Source of the DNA: a virus
Taxonomy: Duplodnaviria > Caudoviricetes
IMG/VR virus record: IMGVR_UViG_3300038379_000303
Location: 1-36,357 of that record
Length of the DNA stretch: 36,357 bases
Strand: one strand, 5' to 3'
Numbering within the stretch: position 1 is the stretch's first letter; each line of letters begins with the position of its first letter. Below the pieces are notes generated by a model. That model ran no database searches, was not told where the DNA came from, and saw only the letters and a program-made list of their open reading frames with translations. The position numbers were made by a program, and so were the translations under genes. Below are positions 34,901-36,357 of this stretch, piece after piece.

Positions 34901-35077
34901 ACGGAGCCGAGCACAGGGCCGGTCGTATGTAAGGACCCTGACGGGAACACGGTTACGTTCCTGGTTCGCTCTGTAAGCGATCTGTTGTTACGTGGGCCTG
35001 ACGTGAACAATGTGATGAACTATCTGATACAGCTTGATGCTGTGGAATGGACGGAGCCAGCAAATTGGCCTACGTAG
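31955..35077 (+). CDS. Tail nozzle (tubular protein B-like, beta-propeller) with a ~400-aa inserted repeat module
   Basis: W..GAG N-terminus, propeller-like strands (LLVAKEDNLYRYD) and ETDLGAPVTAKRL, with an insertion containing GVGFQPDLLI-type repeats. Confidence 0.6.
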   Translation: MPSRFGIINGVKYAIADQSHGSGYSDLAWKKTGAQELQHGSPGPPLSAWWTHGWSAGAGYYQALDVGADVYLYTDNVDCTRPGFARLIQKHISVTPTLPLADKPTWFFESEPTGGAVFNVGNFLKPASTNGDQSIAHGLPAGIALKALIIWTSGDSSDGTVTASTSAQKASFGVSDLTSTGQRGIGWNSNDASSGGAVASIYGTKAINLVNYASGSVLITGSVSYSGGSNFTITWAGNGSDSTQLIFHFLAIGGNDVQAKVSGFTFGSTASTTVTGVGFQPDLLILGARGGSAVDTRAETLQCSIGVADAAGNEWTTAWRCGDSDSPHQAESAFFNEACAEVYYGSSDYVIENLGSMNSDGYTLNRQAGTQATAGFGLALRGLQALVGVTQKPTASGNHGALSIGFTTQAFFLAGCGKTNVTGNVSADGAIYLGAASSTTAVEASSWIDRHNVATTDVNLVADTALAYEILSNTGVEAATATCGSIDMQAANWLSWTDASDGQARYIGFLGLAATAVSDVSFLYHCQGRHVTKLKVEGSPPVITQIDAQSFSIGAEARYGAIFEGTAHLPLGDSVNAVALQRANISQTGADTWTTSGSGFKCRGFAVQQDGPLSKLVRANVDGTISLSADASTYAGTVEVGDSSIPITRIADSGTVLLVAKEDNLYRYDPSGVAWAVTAENERSPNHGVGLAAFHGASAGVYNHGSTLFFWDGFSRPRSVGMDENAFARPEAVTGITHVPVGGTIYESVIRGDYLYYLQRVTESGEDVTYVICAVLRGAQWVRHTAWRLSGTARGLYIDSSTRLWTSYISAGQIRFWQLGDDGGPTGYVGNGRGEASTTFTYWGAETDLGAPVTAKRLWQYVVLLRNVDATCPVQLKIQRDGGNAEDVGSPVTTDGVYKAYWSVGGGNNTAIRVRLGWSITTTSGYDPLLSDPQVLVLGIQAYSLHDTAGVYQIIIDTEVPHGQDRASFERAQRVRTRLLQLTEPSTGPVVCKDPDGNTVTFLVRSVSDLLLRGPDVNNVMNYLIQLDAVEWTEPANWPT

Positions 35078-36357
35078 ATGAGCTGCTGAGCGCGTTCGAG
35101 GATGTGCGGATACGAGCGCTCTGGGATGAGATCATCCGTGAGCGGATAGCGCGCTCGCTTCCTCGGTACTTGACCCGCGACATCGTTGCAGACGAAGTGC
35201 CAGCTGACGGTGAAGTACTGGTATACGACAGCAGCATTGGACGGGTTCGGTGGGGCGTGGCTACGGGAGGAGCGCATAACGCAGTAACGCTTGCTGCTTC
35301 ACCTGACAAGATCGGTGATTTACTAGGGCTTACTGGTCAAGAGCTATCTTTGGACGCACAGCTGGCGAACACCGTGTTCGCGGGACCGTCTTCGGGGGGG
35401 AGTGCTGATCCTGCCTTTCGAGCGCTTGTTGCTGCAGATGTGCCTCACACAGACACAAGTCTTGACGAAGCGTACAACCGCTCGGTAGCAGTAGGTGGTG
35501 GTACTGCCCAGGCTGTCACGGTGGACGAAGGGCCTGTCATCTTGCAAGAGCTTGCCTCGGACGCCAACGCTCTCCTTCAAGTTGTAAGGGCAGCGACCAC
35601 AAGAGAGGCCATTGACGTCAAGGTCAGCGGAGAGTCAGATCCACGCCTGAGGGTAATGGCCGACGGTCTTCTCAAGTGGAGCGACGGCAGCGGCTTCGAC
35701 GTTGAGCTTTACAGGGAGAGCGCAGCGGTCCTTCGCCTCGATGCTCCGGGCGGAACGAGCGGCACCCTCCGTGCCGACTACGTTAAGCAGGCGACAACAG
35801 ACGCAGGCGTTCACCTGGCGAAGGGTGCCTACGTAGACGACCGGGCGATGGTGTATACGCCCGGGAATGTGACGATCAACGGGTCTGGCATGGCCACGCT
35901 GGCGAACTCGTGGTCACGACTGGCAGCGAACTCAGGCACGACTGACGATCTCGTAGACCTGGCTTCAACGGGAGGATGGGCCACAGACGGCGCCCTGTTC
36001 TTCATCAGCGCCCAGAGCGGTCACGACATCACCGTGAAGCACGGAACGGGCAACATGCAGGTGGTAGGCGCCGCCGACTTCCATCTCGATGCGGTGCAAG
36101 AGGTGGCCATCTGCATACGGTACGGGACATCGTGGTACGTACTACCCCCTGGTGGCGGCGGTGGCGGTGTTACTGACCACGACTCACTGACGGGCGTGTC
36201 GGCAGACGACCACCACACTGAGAACCACAACGACCGCCATGTGACTGGCGGGGCGGACGCCTTCTCGGTTACGGATCTCCTTGATGCCATCGCCCGCACG
36301 ACTGTAAGAAAGAACAGCGGCTCGGACGTCGGTTCGCGGCGACGGCTCAACTTCATC
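35047..36357 (+). CDS. Tail fibre / receptor-binding protein, 3' truncated
   Basis: Hand translation is open to the edge (alternative start TTG 35065). It contains PADGEVLVYD, ANTVFAGPSSGGSADPAFRALVAADVP and DHDSLTGVSADDHH...HNDRHVTGGAD, motifs typical of trimeric fibres. Not in the ORF track. Confidence 0.8.
   Translation, partial: MDGASKLAYVDELLSAFEDVRIRALWDEIIRERIARSLPRYLTRDIVADEVPADGEVLVYDSSIGRVRWGVATGGAHNAVTLAASPDKIGDLLGLTGQELSLDAQLANTVFAGPSSGGSADPAFRALVAADVPHTDTSLDEAYNRSVAVGGGTAQAVTVDEGPVILQELASDANALLQVVRAATTREAIDVKVSGESDPRLRVMADGLLKWSDGSGFDVELYRESAAVLRLDAPGGTSGTLRADYVKQATTDAGVHLAKGAYVDDRAMVYTPGNVTINGSGMATLANSWSRLAANSGTTDDLVDLASTGGWATDGALFFISAQSGHDITVKHGTGNMQVVGAADFHLDAVQEVAICIRYGTSWYVLPPGGGGGGVTDHDSLTGVSADDHHTENHNDRHVTGGADAFSVTDLLDAIARTTVRKNSGSDVGSRRRLNFI

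Larger units (their letters stand above)
1..36357. mobile_element. Tailed dsDNA bacteriophage genome segment, podovirus-like; both edges cut genes
   Basis: Terminase, portal, scaffold, capsid, tail, replication and lysis modules with no host housekeeping genes; many 4-nt start/stop overlaps. Confidence 0.95.

Noticed and set aside
1-36357. CRISPR array, tRNA, integrase/att site, reverse transcriptase or DGR
   Set aside because: No spaced repeats, cloverleaf, recombinase or RT motifs were seen by eye; parts of the genome lie outside the window.

Overview
This window looks like most of a GC-rich tailed dsDNA phage genome with podovirus-like morphology. No integrase, DNA polymerase, RNA polymerase, tail tube or sheath gene is recognisable. 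The left arm (1-6757, minus strand) runs from an XRE regulator through an SSB-like protein, an HNH/LmbU fusion, a Gp157-like protein, a candidate origin, a DUF3987 helicase-like ATPase, a domain-permuted primase, a resolvase and a DnaA domain IV-like protein. It ends in two cell-wall hydrolases; the amidase is missing from the ORF track because it runs off the left edge. A lone plus-strand terS-like gene is separated from terL by a ~3.9 kb minus-strand block containing ardC, small zinc-ribbon genes and several strong hairpins, including a Y-shaped element with two GAA triloops. That block lies in a zone where the + strand is strongly G-rich and C-poor whichever strand is coding. The right arm (11111-36357, plus strand) encodes terL, portal, three putative ejection proteins, scaffold, capsid, accessory head genes, two tail proteins and a partial tail fibre. 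The largest ejection candidate (2695 aa) carries an unassigned domain, a degenerate NADAR and a DUF4326 in tandem. The best novelty candidates are this cargo cassette and the skewed, hairpin-rich ardC block. All family calls are by-eye motif recognition; no searches were run.
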